From: Octopus vulgaris
Lineage: Eukaryota
Length of the DNA stretch: 64,000 nt
NCBI GenBank assembly: GCA_951406725.2
Contig: OX597816.1
Location: 156,240,001-156,304,000, forward strand
Reading direction: 5' to 3'
The notes under the pieces are model-generated. The model was not told the origin of the DNA. It worked only from the letters and a program-made list of their open reading frames with translations, and did no database searches. Within the stretch, counting starts at the first letter, position 1. Each line of letters opens with the position of its first letter. A program made the position numbers and the translations under genes. Below, piece after piece: positions 39,498-54,090 of this stretch.

Positions 39498-41222
39498 GCA
39501 TCGACTTTACCTATTTCTATGTTATAATAGTCTACGTTGTGCTTAAAGATATCCTCGTTCGCCTAGAGAATAGAAATTATTTTCTATTAGCAATTACTTT
39601 ACCTCAACCGGTTCAGCTCTTTTTAATACCATACCAAAATACGTCAAAACGGAAACGGATCACATAAAATTGAAATGTTCAGTGGATAAATTTCTTCAAA
39701 AAATCCCCATCTAACCTCGCACACCTGAATATATCTCCAACAATAATAACTCTTTGCTACAGTGGGCATAGTGCTCCATATATGACTAAAAGGCTTCACG
39801 AGGTGGTGCTATTTAGTTAAACATGGCGTTGGCCTATACTGGCCGAAACCTATCATAGTTATCAAAGTTATACGTATATATATATATATATATATATATA
39901 AAAGTATATATATGTATAAAGTGTTAGGTGTGGTATACAGATATTGAATATTGAGAAAAAAGGTCGCCAGAACTTTGGAAAAAAATCTTTATATTTATTC
40001 CTTTTTCGTTTGTTTCTCCAGCTTGTCAAATACAATACTGTGAATGTACAAACAGCTTGTTCTTTTATATAAAACAAATGATTTGGAGGATTTTGTTTAG
40101 CATTGGGATGTTCTAGGTTTGCGTATATAATTTTTCTTAATTTGTAAATATTGTACTAATGTTTTTTCATGCAGAACTACAAATGGTGAAAGCGAACTAC
40201 AAATTTATACAGTTAACGAGGAATTTGCTTACAAACATACTTAACAGTAAAGAATTTGACCTTCTAAAAGGTTGAATAGTATTATGAACTAATTCATCTG
40301 AATTATGACCATCCCCTGTCCAGTGGCGTTGAAAAGTCAATCTCTAGTTATTGTTACAACAGTATAAAAGACCACTTGATAAAATTTAATTTGAATTGAA
40401 CCCTCCATCCATGAAGATGTACAAAGAAATAGCAGCCATGGTTTTACCTCATTAACAGTCTATATTAGCCCTAGGAAAGGTTTTTGCTTTTTCAAATTGA
40501 TAACGCAATTTAATTGCAATAATATGAGTCTAAGCAACAAATCGAAAAACGTGTAGGCAGCATGATTTGACTATTATGATAAATATATTGATTATTCTAT
40601 AGATGCATTCTCCATTATCTGTGTATTGCGAAACATTTCTCCCACATCGAAAAGATGATAACATCTATAGCGACAACTGCAATTTCCAAAAGAGTAGGGT
40701 ACAAATTTCAAAGAAAAAACGACGATAAAAACTAGTACATAAGCACATGGGGAATATCCAGTATCGTTAATTGATATAGAGTTAATCTCGTGTACGCTTC
40801 AATAAATAATCCCATGAAACCGCTTTCCACGCAGACATATATAATCACACGCATACACATGTATATATACAGACATATATATACACATACATACACACAT
40901 CTATATATACACACACAGAAATATATATATGTATACATACACACGCACACATGCGCATGTGCACACACACATACGCACATATAAGTGCATATGTATATGT
41001 TTACTCATAACGGTGTTGTAACAAAGAGTGATGGTGGAGAATAGAAATTGTCATATGACAATCTAATCACGTTAATTTTTAAATAGATATTAGAATATAT
41101 TCGCTGGCAAGATTAAAATTGCAATTCTCTTCAACTATTATAAGTAATAAGACATATTAATTTTGTGAATTTTTTTTTAAAGTTATCACTTGTTATGACT
41201 TGTGAAAATTATTCTGTCTAGG

Positions 41223-41257
<35 letters not shown>

Positions 41258-41717
41258 GATTTTGCAACTAAACGAAATCATTTGAATTAAATATAAGAAA
41301 AATGTATACGCAAAATGGAAGAACTACATAGAATTTATTTCAAACAAAGAAATGAAAGATAAGGTTATATAGGGAGCTAGCTCACACGAAGAAATAAAAC
41401 AAAATTTTAACTACAGTAATATACGTACATACACAAACTCACTTATATATATACACATATTATGGCTCAAAAAGGAGAACAGAGGTGGGGAAAGAAAGTA
41501 CTTGTTTCAATGGTTGTCAGTCGTATGAACTGCTCTTTGGTAGTGAATGATAATGATGGTACTATCCTGATGAGATGATGAAAATGATCATTGTTAATTA
41601 TCAATCGTCAATACTCATACGTTCATATGCTATAATATATATTTCTATTTCTACGGTTAAGATATTTAGCAAAGGCCTTAAGCAGTTCAGTCCTTTATCA
41701 ATATTTCTAAACGTTAA

Positions 41718-41930
41718 GGCGGCGAGCTGGCAAAAACGTTAGGCAGCCCAGCGAAATGCTCAGCGGTATTTTCTCTGTCTTTACGTTCTGGGTTCAAATT
41801 TCGCCGAGGTCGACTCTGCCTTTCATCCTTTCAGGGTCGATAAATTAAGTACCAGTTATGTACTGGAGTCGATCTAATCGACTGGCCCGCTCCCCCAAAA
41901 TTTCGAGCCTTGTGTCTAGAGTAGAAAAGA
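41718..41930 (+). mobile_element. Full-length SINE family A with a 17-bp target-site duplication
   Basis: A box and B box (GGTTCAAATTT) present; TSD ATATTTCTAAACGTTAA (41701-41717) and ATATTTTTAAACGTTAA (41931-41947), one mismatch. Confidence 0.92.
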
Positions 41931-43544
41931 ATATTTTTAAACGTTAATAGTCTAATGAAATGATATTTGTTGGTATTGTTTCAATGTTTTAATGTGAATA
42001 GTCAATATGATAGTTGTAGATGTGATATGATTCATTATATATATGTGTGTGCGTATGTATTTATACATATATGTACACAAACACACACATATATAAATAT
42101 ATTTTCCTCAAGAATGGAGGGAACGGAAAGTGACAGTTATGACAAGATCATTACGTTAATTTATAAATAGATTTTAGAATTTCATATCAGTAAAAGCAAA
42201 GTTTATTACAATTCTCTCACTCTGTTAAACAAACCACTTAGTTGTTAATATTTTGTCCACATCTGGTATTTTTCTAGATGTAGCGTTAAGTTTCTGCTAA
42301 TTCTTCACGGGTTTCATCTAGACAAAATTGCTAATTTTATTAAAGCTTGTGATAAAATATAACATTTTGGAGACCTATGAAAATACAAAAGTGTTTTAGT
42401 CTAGGCTGCAATATCAAAGACATAAATTTAAGAGATGTAAATTAAATTGCTTAGCATAAAATGTGAGCAGAAATTATATACAAAATAAATAAACAAGAAA
42501 ACGAGAAATTTCTTTCAGAATGGGAAGATGGAAAGATTTTAAAATACTTATTAAAACATACCTTAATTCTGCAAATTAAATAAATAAATAAATGATAAAG
42601 AAAAAACTCACAACATTTATGATATTCGACTGTTGTGACAGTTCCCCAGAAAAATAGACGATTCGTAGGAAAAATAATACTCATAATACAAGACACAGCT
42701 AAAATAAACGCGCAGTAATGTCACAGACATGAAATTCTAATTAAAGACTCATATATTGGTAGTAAATTTTAATATTATTAAATGGGGATTCGCAAATATA
42801 AAAAAGTAACATCAGAGGCCAAATGAGATATTACTAAAGATGAGACTATGACAGTCAGGAAATGTTGATGAGTGGATTAGAGAACTGTGCTAATCGAATG
42901 TCTGCAAAGCACACATACGGAATTATCATTAAGCGTCAGAAATATCTTGCATTACTTATTTACGGTGTTTCCCGTTCTAATTTCAAATCTCATCGTGGTG
43001 AATTTTGCGTTTATTCTTTTAGGGGAACTTATAAATTAAAATGTCGGTTAAAAAGTGGATGTGATTTATTTAACTATATCTTCACAGAACAGTGTGGCCA
43101 TTGTCAGTAAAATAAATCAATAATTATTTATTTTTTGTTATATCTTTCATCAGTATCTCGATTGCATCTCTGACTGGCCAAATTATGTTGCGGGGGGAAA
43201 AAAAATTTTGAAACGGATATTAAAGTTTAAAAAGAATCAAAACTAATTTTGTTTTGCTGTAGGTTAAAAGAATTGAATACAAAGACTGATAGGAAATAAT
43301 GACAAGAAAAATTAATTAAAAAAATCTCGTAACATACAGCTAGCACTGCATCAACCTATATTTCTATGTCAAAGCTAGATTGAATATGTCAGAAATACAA
43401 TTTCTTATATATTCAATCATTAATTCAAGCATTAATTCAAACAAAAGATTTGTGCACATATATCTGAACAGAAACTTTATACAGTAAAAAAACAAAAAAC
43501 AAATAATAAAATGAATTTAGATTTATTTGATAATATACTATATC

Positions 43545-43645
43545 ATTCTAGTCTTTTACTAATTTCAATCTTTGGACTGCGGCCATACTGTCAAGCCGAT
43601 TCACAGTACATATTTTTACTCTAATACTTATTCTTTTTTCGAACA
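43545..43645 (-). mobile_element. 3' fragment of SINE family B, degenerate
   Basis: TCTTTTACTAATTTCAATCTTTGGACTGCGGCCATACTG is the reverse complement of the tail at 52789-52830. Confidence 0.6.
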
Positions 43646-43808
43646 CATTTTTATTACCATGCTCACACTTGTTCTCCAGCGATGAGGAACAAACGCATAC
43701 ATGCTGGCGCGCACACACGCTTACGAACACACAGACACACATGCATACACACACGCTCACTCACACATATATGTGTATATATTGTGTATATATATGTATG
43801 TATGTATG

Positions 43809-43886
<78 letters not shown>

Positions 43887-45639
43887 TGTTTACTGTTGAT
43901 ATACAAGACGGCCCTCCGAATGTTTCCGCCAACCAAATTCATAAGGTACTGGCGAGTATTGAGAATGAAAGCAAAACACCTGGTCCAAAACTAAAATTGT
44001 TAACTGCACAAAGATTACGTATCACTTGTATTTCTCAATCGAAACCTATGTAAAACGTCTCCTTCGGGAAAGAACAACACAGTTAAAAAGTTACACTGTA
44101 CCTCATACTATTCCCCGCCGCATTTTAAGAAGGGTTACTCAGTAACACGGAACTGTGTCTGGAACATTTGTGGGTCGCATATAATCGTCCTAATGAGTAT
44201 TTTTTCGTAATGGGTATGAACGATCAGATCTGAGGTCGGGCTTCGCAAAAAGGAAGCTTTTGTTTCTTCTAGTGATCATATGATGCTTAGGTGGAATTAA
44301 TGTTAGGATAAGGCTTAAATGCATGACAGTAGAAATATATTATTTCTTGCAGTCAAAATGGCAACGTAGAAAATAGGACTATGATGTTAGGAGAAAAATC
44401 GAATTTGGTTTGGGATGAAAAATGTAATGGTGGTTAGCAGCTGGTCGAAACCCTTTCGTTATAGAATAAATATCAGTTAACATAAGGTCACATTTTACAG
44501 AGAAACGCAGAAACGCTAGGCGATTGAATCGATATTAATGTATAACTAGTTTTTATTTTACCTACCACACCGTGACTTTCCGCTAAGTATCAAGAGGAAG
44601 AAAGCTAAGTAGCGTAAGGCACTTAATCCAACTTTCTACACTTTCTGACAAGCCGTCCTCTTTATCATACAACAAATATAGATATCAAGAATTTGACAAA
44701 AAGAAATTGGGTAAGGTGGGAAATAACAGACATAACACAGTCATCGTTTTTATCAATAGACAAATCGGTGGTCGTCTTTGAGAATGTAATTCATTTGCTT
44801 TTCTGTCTGGTTCATCAGATCTTATGTAAATACCACTGGTGAACGAAAAAGTAGCAAATTTCAGAAAGCAAATATACAAATATTGTTCAAGAAATGAAAT
44901 TTTAATCCTCATAAGCTATAATGAAATATAAATAATTCTCTTACTAGGTTACCAAACAATTTCTTTCGAATTATAAATTAAAACGAATCTATAAGTATAT
45001 AAAGAAATACATATTATTGCTTTATCATTTCGATATTGTTGATTCTGCAGAGAAAACTCTAACCGTATTCGTGATGTATGAATTTGAATTCTTCAGATAT
45101 TGGTAGATTTTAGTATTAAAGTATTGAGAAATTGATAAGAAACTAAATCTTTCAATGTTCATCAATGCTAACCATTAAGTTAATATTGTTCAGAATTTCT
45201 TTTTATCGGGTTTCTTACTTGCTTTTCGATGGTTCATATGCCGGAGCATGTTGGCATGTGGCCTATCGCCCGCATTTACATCATCCTGTTTCCAGTTAAA
45301 CTATTCCATCCTTTTCACTAGGTGTATCAATGGTCCAATCACCTTTACTGATAGCAAATGCCGGATATGTTAACTTTATCCTTGACACACTATATTAGCT
45401 ATGATGTTCTCAGTGGGCGCTACAAAATCTACGTGGTTATTTTTATGAAAATAAATATACACTTACCTTTTATAGATTCTACGCCATATATTTCCAAAAT
45501 ACATGGCGGGCTTAACTGCAAATGTTGCATGGGTTAACACTACCACCTGTTTTCACCAGGATTCATTTCTGACAAAATATTCTGGCTAGATAACTGTTCC
45601 TTCTCTACACATGCTTTACTCGTAAGTATCGTGTTAGCA

Positions 45640-46130
45640 GATTAACTGTAATCTTCTCCCAGGTTTCTGATGCACTGTCTTCTACCTTGCTAGAGTTCCA
45701 CAAAGGAATGGCTACGTCAAAGAATTTAAAGCTCAATACTAAAACCTTTGTGTATTGCTTCGCATGTAGATGTTTTATTGACAATGAAGATAAGACCATC
45801 TTCTTACAATTAAAGCCAGAGTTATATTGTAAATACGTAATCCATGAAGAGAGAAAAATCAGACGTAACCGAGGGGAAAATACAATGGTAATTTTGTGGA
45901 AGAAAACAAACGAAAATAAGAGACAAGGAATATTTTGGAAGATAATGGACTTTGATAATTCCATTGGTTAAGGGCGAGATGAACACCACATGGAAGTATC
46001 AGAAAGAAGCAACGTCAAGGGTCAGTGCTTAAAAAAGAAGTTATGTGTAAAATCCATAGTACACATTACTAAATTGCTGTACAGGACAATAAGAGTGTGG
46101 TGAGAGGATTCTTTTAGCGTTACGTCTAGA
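45640..46130 (+). mobile_element. Possible highly decayed RTE post-RT region
   Basis: NLKLNTKTFVY resembles RTE IxLxTKLxVY, and AVQDNK..W near 46080 resembles AxDRxxW. The match is weak. Confidence 0.3.
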
Positions 46131-46966
46131 AGTTTATCTAGGTTGGTTTTGCGGGCTCAAGTTCTAGTTCTGCTGATGATTATGTAATCTGGTTCAAAAC
46201 AATCAAGCAAACTACATCACAAGTGGAGGAGCAGCTAAGAGTATAAGTATCCCTGATATAGACAACAGAAATAAGAACAATTCAACTCTGTGCATTTAAT
46301 GAAGTGTCCTGTTTGAAATTACGAAAACTGAAGAAGACGGCAAAATACAACAGTCGAATTATTGAGATGATAACAGTGAAAATGATGAGAGTAGTCAGAA
46401 TATATAAGTGTATAATAATAGATTTGCATCTCAGAAATACAGACAGAGAAATCAAAAAGAATGACATGTGAAAAAAGACGGCAATAAATTAGAGAGGAAT
46501 AAACACATACAAGACTAGATGACAAAAAGCCATATAATTACTATCCGTTACTTTTTGTCAAAACAGCAAATTTGCTAAAGTCTCAACAGTGATCAAAGAC
46601 TGGTAAAATATTAGTAGGATTATTATAATTCACATAGATGTCTTTAAAGATTAAGTAACATATCATCAACATTGATTAGAGACAGAAGAAAAGCAAAATA
46701 CTATCTAGTTTATTATGAGTTGGACAACATATTAAGCATATTTTTTGTGGCTTTCACAGATTTCTATGATAACAGACAAATTCACACAAACATACAGACA
46801 CATTTTTGCATATTTTTGTACATACATACACATACGTATATATAAATATATATGTGGGAGGTGTTTGAGTGTGTGTTCATATATATGCATACCTATATGT
46901 ATACATGTATGCATGAATATATATATATGTATATACACACACACACACATATATATATACAAACAC

Positions 46967-47088
46967 ACCTCAAAGACGCACCTCGTTCTAGCCGTCCAGT
47001 TCGATGAAGAGCGATTAAACCAACTTTTGCGCGAAAATACACGTCAAACGACAAGGGAACTAGCGGAGAAAATGGAATGCTCCCACAC
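46967..47088 (+). mobile_element. Mariner transposase N-terminal (HTH) fragment
   Basis: LKDAPRSSRPV/FDEERLNQLLRENTRQTTRELAEKMECSH matches mariner DxPRSGRP..TTRELA. Confidence 0.85.
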
Positions 47089-47723
47089 AAATACGCAAAC
47101 AACGTTAGAAAGAATTGCAAATAGGATGAGCAACACAAAGAACGACCCTTCATCAGTTGTCTGCTGTCTATCACACGCACGCACACACACACACACGTAG
47201 GTGTATGTGTCTACGTGTGTGTATTGTATATATATATACGCATATGTATAGATAGAGAGATTGAAAAATAGTTTGGTATGCATTTGTCATGAAGTTGCAA
47301 TAAGATGATGACAGCTGTGAATGATAAAGCACACTCTAAATGCAAATATTATAATTTGTTCCAAATGTTCAAGCATCCCCTCAAAACTGCTTGAACAATT
47401 TCGGTCACCAATGAAGTGGAAAGGGTTGAGATATAAAGCAGCTGTCATGTATAATACAAAATATGATGGTAAGGTGCGCTGTGTTCTTAAAATACGCAAT
47501 TTATCTCACTTTGATCTGGTATCACCACATCTGAGGCATGGCAAATCATACACCTGTACAGGTACTGTCCAGTCTGTATAGAAATTGATCAATATACAGC
47601 ACAAACATTTGCTTTAGTCACTAGAAGCGAATCATCTTCACAAGGTGGTCAACAAAAAAATCGCAAAGCACACAAGTGAAGTCTACGACAGGAGAACGCA
47701 CGCGTGTGTATATATATATGTAT

Positions 47724-47781
<58 letters not shown>

Positions 47782-47829
47782 AAATGTATATATGTATGTA
47801 TGTATAAATGTATATATGTATGTATATAC

Positions 47830-47871
<42 letters not shown>

Positions 47872-47879
47872 ATACATAC

Positions 47880-48065
47880 TTATCTTCGAAACGCGGAATG
47901 GATGAAACAACAGTGACAACTGATGAAGGGGAATGTTCTCTATGTTGCATGTCTCGTTTCTCTATTTGTTTTGTTTTTCGTTATTCAAAAACAGGTTCGT
48001 TATCTATGATTTTGTTTTTATGTTTTTGTTTTGTGATTGTGTCTACGTTTTTTGATGTCCTGTAC
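47880..48065 (+). mobile_element. Short interspersed fragment, probably a PLE terminus
   Basis: CTGATGAAGGGG motif and a T-rich tail between (TA)n tracts. Confidence 0.4.
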
Positions 48066-48189
48066 ACATATATGCATGTATATATACATATATATGTAGG
48101 TATGTACATATACGTATGTATATATACATATATTTATATATTGTTTATATTATTATATGATCGAACTCCACACATCCCTTTCCAAGTAA

Positions 48190-48227
<38 letters not shown>

Positions 48228-48228
48228 T

Positions 48229-48282
<54 letters not shown>

Positions 48283-48448
48283 AAGAGAGATATTATAGAT
48301 TATATTATAGATTACACACACACGTTTGTGTGTGTATGAATATATACACACACATCACTGTGAAATACCATGTGTGTATGCGTGTATGATTGTATCCAAC
48401 TATATGTATAAACACTACCACACACACGCAAACACATATATATATATA

Positions 48449-48822
48449 TCCACATATATATGTATTCATATATATACATATATATGTATGTGCATATACA
48501 TACATATGCGTATATATCTGTGTATGCGTATCGATATATATATATGTATAAATCTCCGAATAAACGTATTTAATATATATGCATATGTATGTGTGTTGCT
48601 ATGTGTGTTGTTTTAGTTGTCCACATATATATGTATTCATATATATACATATATATGTATGTGCATATACATATATATATATATATGTATGTGCATATAC
48701 ATACATATGCGTATATATCTGTGTATGCGTATCGATATATATATATGTGTAAATCTCCGAATAAAAGTATTTAATATATATGCATATGTATGTGTGTTGC
48801 TATGTGTGTTGTTTTAGTTGTC
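48449..48822. repeat. Tandem duplication of a 170-200 bp unit
   Basis: CCACATATATATGTATTCAT..GCGTATCGAT..AAATCTCCGAATAAA..GTGTTGTTTTAGTTGT occurs twice, head to tail. Confidence 0.9.
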
Positions 48823-49504
48823 GGTGTGTATGTGTCGGTGTGAAAGTGCATGCGCGTGTTTACGTGCTTCATATATTTTATTGCGATCATTTAGCGGAAA
48901 CTAAAGCATAGAAATTATTTTTGAAAGATTGTATTCGAGAAAACTGGATAAGAAATTGCTTCAAGCGTAAAAATTAATCACATTTGATTACACGAATTCT
49001 TGCATAATTTTACGAAACCTACACCATGCTGAATGTATATGTTCTCTTGGTTATATATACATTGTTATATACCGGAGTTGCTATCTTTTTGTACATAAAA
49101 CATTTGCTAACTATTGTCTATTGTAGACAATCTTTTCAAGAGTTTTCTTTCTTCTCCACATTCACATCACTATCAATATACTTTCCTCAATCTCACCTTC
49201 CTTAGCTTATTCACTCATTCTTCCAATATGTCACGACGAAGAATACATAAGTTTTGTTTACAAAATGTGCGTATGCTCCCCGCCATATCTATCTATCTAT
49301 CTCTCTATCTATCGATCTATCAATCTATCTATCTATCTGTGTGTGTATGTGAGTGTATGTGTGTGTGAGTGTAAGTGAGTGTCTGAGTGTGTAAATATAT
49401 AGTATGTATGTATATATATACACGCTAATATCGAACAGCGCGAACGAGTGCTCTATACCGCATTGCTACCATGTAGCAGTCGGCCAAAATGAACGACAAG
49501 TAAG

Positions 49505-49549
<45 letters not shown>

Positions 49550-49599
49550 AATATATATATATAGACATACATATATATACATAAATACATACATATATA

Positions 49600-50030
49600 T
49601 ATAGGGTACCGCACGAGTGGAATTATATACGAATGAAGGTTTGAAAATGCAATTTTAAAAGATGTTTATTTGCTTTACCGGTTTCACTCTTTGGAAAAAG
49701 ATTGTCAAAAGTAACATGTAGAAGTTTGGTTGCGTTAATTATTGGTTGTTACAAATTGCTACATTACATATATACAGTCTTTGGTAACAAGGATATGTTA
49801 AGGACATAAAAAAGTTTAACAAGTTCCTTAAAATATTGGGCACAAAAGATTACAACATAAATAATCATTCTCAAGAACAAAAAGTTCAGTGGGATATTGG
49901 TATTGGTATTGTATCTGTATATTCAAACACGCACAGAATATTGGTTGACACAGAGTACTACAATACATATATATACACATTCTTTGGTGACAAGAGCATG
50001 TTGAGAACATAAAAAAGTTTATGTTTTTTA
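49600..50030 (-). mobile_element. PLE-like terminal remnant with a degenerate hammerhead-like motif and an internal direct repeat of about 50 bp
   Basis: GAAACCGGTA motif on the minus strand at about 49676-49685. TCTTTGGT.ACAAG..ATGTT..GACATAAAAAAGTTTA occurs at about 49778 and 49981. Confidence 0.5.
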
Positions 50031-50408
50031 TGATTTCAGATTTTTTAGCAAATAATATCGCTTGCCATCTTTTAATAGATAATTTAGCAAGACCATATTA
50101 TCTACCAGGCGAATCCTCGTCAGTAACCGGCCTAAACAACTAAATTATGTAAACCATGGTATAACCGTTATATAACAAGGTAAAGGTTTTTATATTTCAT
50201 TTACTTCGAAATTTGCTATAAAGTTGTGGTTTTTGGCCGTGTTGGCTGCTATTTCTAGCATGTAAAATTACCTGTTAAAGGGTAATTTTCTATTTTGAAA
50301 TACGAATATGTTGTCTATTGAATTACCACACAACCACTCCTGCGTCTGTCTACATAAATTTCATAATTTAGCATCAAAAGTATACAGTGTACGTGATTTG
50401 ACTGCATA

Positions 50409-50506
<98 letters not shown>

Positions 50507-50982
50507 GTAATCAAAATAACGTTATTAAAAAATCTGTGTTAAAAGCAAAGCAAACCTTCTTTGCCTTACTTCCCTGAACAGGAAAAACTTTCATGCTATA
50601 CCGTCTAAATTTGTTTTAAGTCGATACTGCACTACTGAAATAAAACACACAGCACATGTTTAGTGATGCTACAGGAGTTTGGTACTGTATAAAACAAACG
50701 AAAGATGCAATGCAAGCATTTTGTCGTTTCGTTTATACTTTTTAGTATTTCAGATCAATAACCCCATTTCAAACATCAGTTGAGCAAGTTTATCAACTTT
50801 TGTATAGATCAGATATCACGTATTTATATCACCTATTCTATGATAAATATAGTGACACAGGCGATTTTGAATAATGATATCCTCATTTGCTACAACCTAT
50901 ATTTTTTTATGGGATTGTCACAAGAATCTATTGATTTTTCTAAGCTTCTAACATCTTTCGTTCAACAAATCATTAGATGTTT

Positions 50983-51613
<631 letters not shown>

Positions 51614-51878
51614 ACGTGCTTTCACTGCTCCGCCGACCGCTCTGTGTTTGGAACAGTGTAGCAAAAACGTTATTGCAAGAAACAAACTGAGCAGATGATA
51701 TAATTGATGTCGTGTTTTAGGGACTATTCAGTTATTCTGTTATAGAAATACATATTAATCTCATAAAATACAAGTAAAATGACATATAATGGGTGTATAT
51801 ACATGAAAATATAAAAAAAGATTTATTGTACAAAGTATCCAGCCTCATAAAACATTATATTTAGGCAAGGAAAGAATG

Positions 51879-51941
<63 letters not shown>

Positions 51942-52422
51942 TTGTGTGTGTATAGATGGAAAGAGAGAATGTGAGAGAGAGACGAAGAAGAACAAAGAGA
52001 ACTAGTTAGACACACAAAACAAACACACTGCGTACAGTTATGAATGTGTGCTTCAGGCAAATATAGAGATACATGACAAAACATCCACACATAGATACAT
52101 GCTCATATATATATATTAATAACTACAGCTGGGTTGTGGTTCACTACAACTGTTTCAGACGTGTCTTTTGTTGGTGCATAGAAGTTTTTCATCATGCAAA
52201 GTACCGCTTGTATCAAGTGAATACAGGTAACAATTAACAATTAGGACTTCTCAAAAGTATATACTTAGTGTCTCATGAATCGGGCGATATTTGTGATTAC
52301 TTTACTGAGTACGTTTTTGTCGTTATACATTGTCTGTAGACTGTAGCACTATCACCGACTCTACATTGATGCTTTCGCTATTTAAATACCCGATTCCCTC
52401 GAATCCTGGAAATATACATATA

Positions 52423-52836
52423 CAGGAGGGGCTGTGTGGTAAGTAGCCTGCTTACCAACCACATGGTTCCGGGTTCAGTCCGACTGCGTGGCACCTTGGG
52501 CAAGTGTCTTCTACTATAGCTTCGGGCCGACCAAAGCCTTGTGATTGGGTTTGGTAGATGGAAACTGAAAGAACCCGTCGTATGTATATATATATATATA
52601 TATATATAAGCATGTGTGTGTATATGTTTGTGTGTGTGTGTGTGTGTCCCCAACATCGCTTGACAACCGATGCTGGTGTGTTTACGTCCCCGTAACTTAG
52701 CGGTTCGACAAAAGAGACCGATAGAATAAGTACTGAGCTTACAAAGAGTAAGTCCTGGGGTCGATTTGCTCGACCAAAGGCGTTGATCCAGCATGGCCGC
52801 AGTTAAAATGACTGAAACAAGTAAAAGAGTAAAAGA

Positions 52837-52838
<2 letters not shown>
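52423..52838 (+). mobile_element. tRNA-derived SINE family B, well preserved
   Basis: GGCTGTGTGGTAAG (A box), GGTTCAGTCC (B box), internal (TA)n/(TG)n, and a tail (AGTAAAAG)2. Confidence 0.9.
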
Positions 52839-52869
<31 letters not shown>

Positions 52870-52882
52870 AGTGTGTGTATAA

Positions 52883-53730
52883 CTAGCTGACGTACCCGGT
52901 AATTCCCGGGATAGCGGAGCTTATCCCTTCCTTCCGTTCTCATAATTGTTTCGCTAATAAAATAGCAAAAATGCAAAGGTATGTAGCCCTTAAAACGGTT
53001 TTTTGCATTTACAGAGAATACCGAACTGCATTACACAGGATCTTGTTTTTAGGAATTCCCAGTAAGTTATGAATACCAAAAACTGTGAAATCAGTTATGT
53101 AAGTATATGAAATTAATTACCCGATAGTAAGAATTCAATTAAAGTAGCCCCAAAATAGGCTTTAATGCGTGCCCAGAGTAAATAGAACATAGGAGGAACT
53201 ACTAATAAGGGACGTGTACTAAAATCGTGAAGCATGTTACGTAATAACAGGCTAATCAGATATGAGATAATAACAATTCAAAATAAACAACTCTGAAAAT
53301 GGCTTTTGTGCGTTCCCTGCGAATATTATCCTCAGGGGCGCTAGTGTTGGTATATTCAGGAATAAGTCTCTAAACGAAATAAGAGGATCTATTGTTTAGT
53401 AAAATACTATATACTTAATTTAGGATTTACTGGATAAATTGTGAGAATAACTCTAACAATTCAAATACAAAGCAATAAGCGTACTCAATTTCAATTTTGC
53501 CAAATAATATCGGAAAATAAATGGGTTATTTCCCTTGGCTATATATATGGATCCCTTCCAGGGGCCCTATTATCGATATTTTTTCAACAACCTTTGTATG
53601 CCATGAGGTTTTCAGATATGAGTTCTACTCACGTGGCAAGTTTCATCAAAATCGGTAGAATGATGTAGGAGGAGTTAGCTAACAACTCCACAAACTCACC
53701 CACAGACAGATTTCCCGTATATATAGTAAA
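52883..53730 (-). mobile_element. Non-autonomous Helitron (about 850 bp)
   Basis: 3' CTAG at 52883-52886 with the adjacent hairpin CCCGGTAATTCCCGGG. The 5' end reads T(T)TACTATATATAC..TCTGTCTGT, and CCGATTTTGATGAAACTTG is shared with the 18563 Helitron. Confidence 0.8.
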
Positions 53731-53773
53731 TAATATTAATGATAATAATTACACACACACACACATATATATA

Positions 53774-53841
<68 letters not shown>

Positions 53842-53879
53842 TAAATAAATGGAGTTTAACGCAGGTAAAAATACATTCA

Positions 53880-53919
<40 letters not shown>

Positions 53920-54054
53920 AATCTATATGGCGGACGTAAAGAATGTGGACCGCACCGAACCGCATCCCCTTTTCGAGTATACGGAGATTCTGATTCTGCC
54001 AAAACAAAAAAAAAACGCTATTTTAAATTTTTAATTTTCAACCTGCCCCATAAT

Positions 54055-54090
54055 AGTTAGTTTTAGGGTTAGTGTTAGGGTTAGGGGGTA
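54055..54090 (+). repeat. Short interstitial telomere-like (TTAGGG) repeats
   Basis: TTAGGG TTAGTG TTAGGG TTAGGG at 54063-54086. Confidence 0.8.

Noticed and set aside
47321-47581. 86-aa ORF and a 10-bp hairpin TGTTCAAGCA/TGCTTGAACA
   Set aside because: No recognisable domain or exon boundaries; a hairpin of this size is plausible by chance
47884-47935. Permuted hammerhead (CTTCGAAACGCG..CTGATGAAG)
   Set aside because: No UH cleavage site after helix III and no clear helix I
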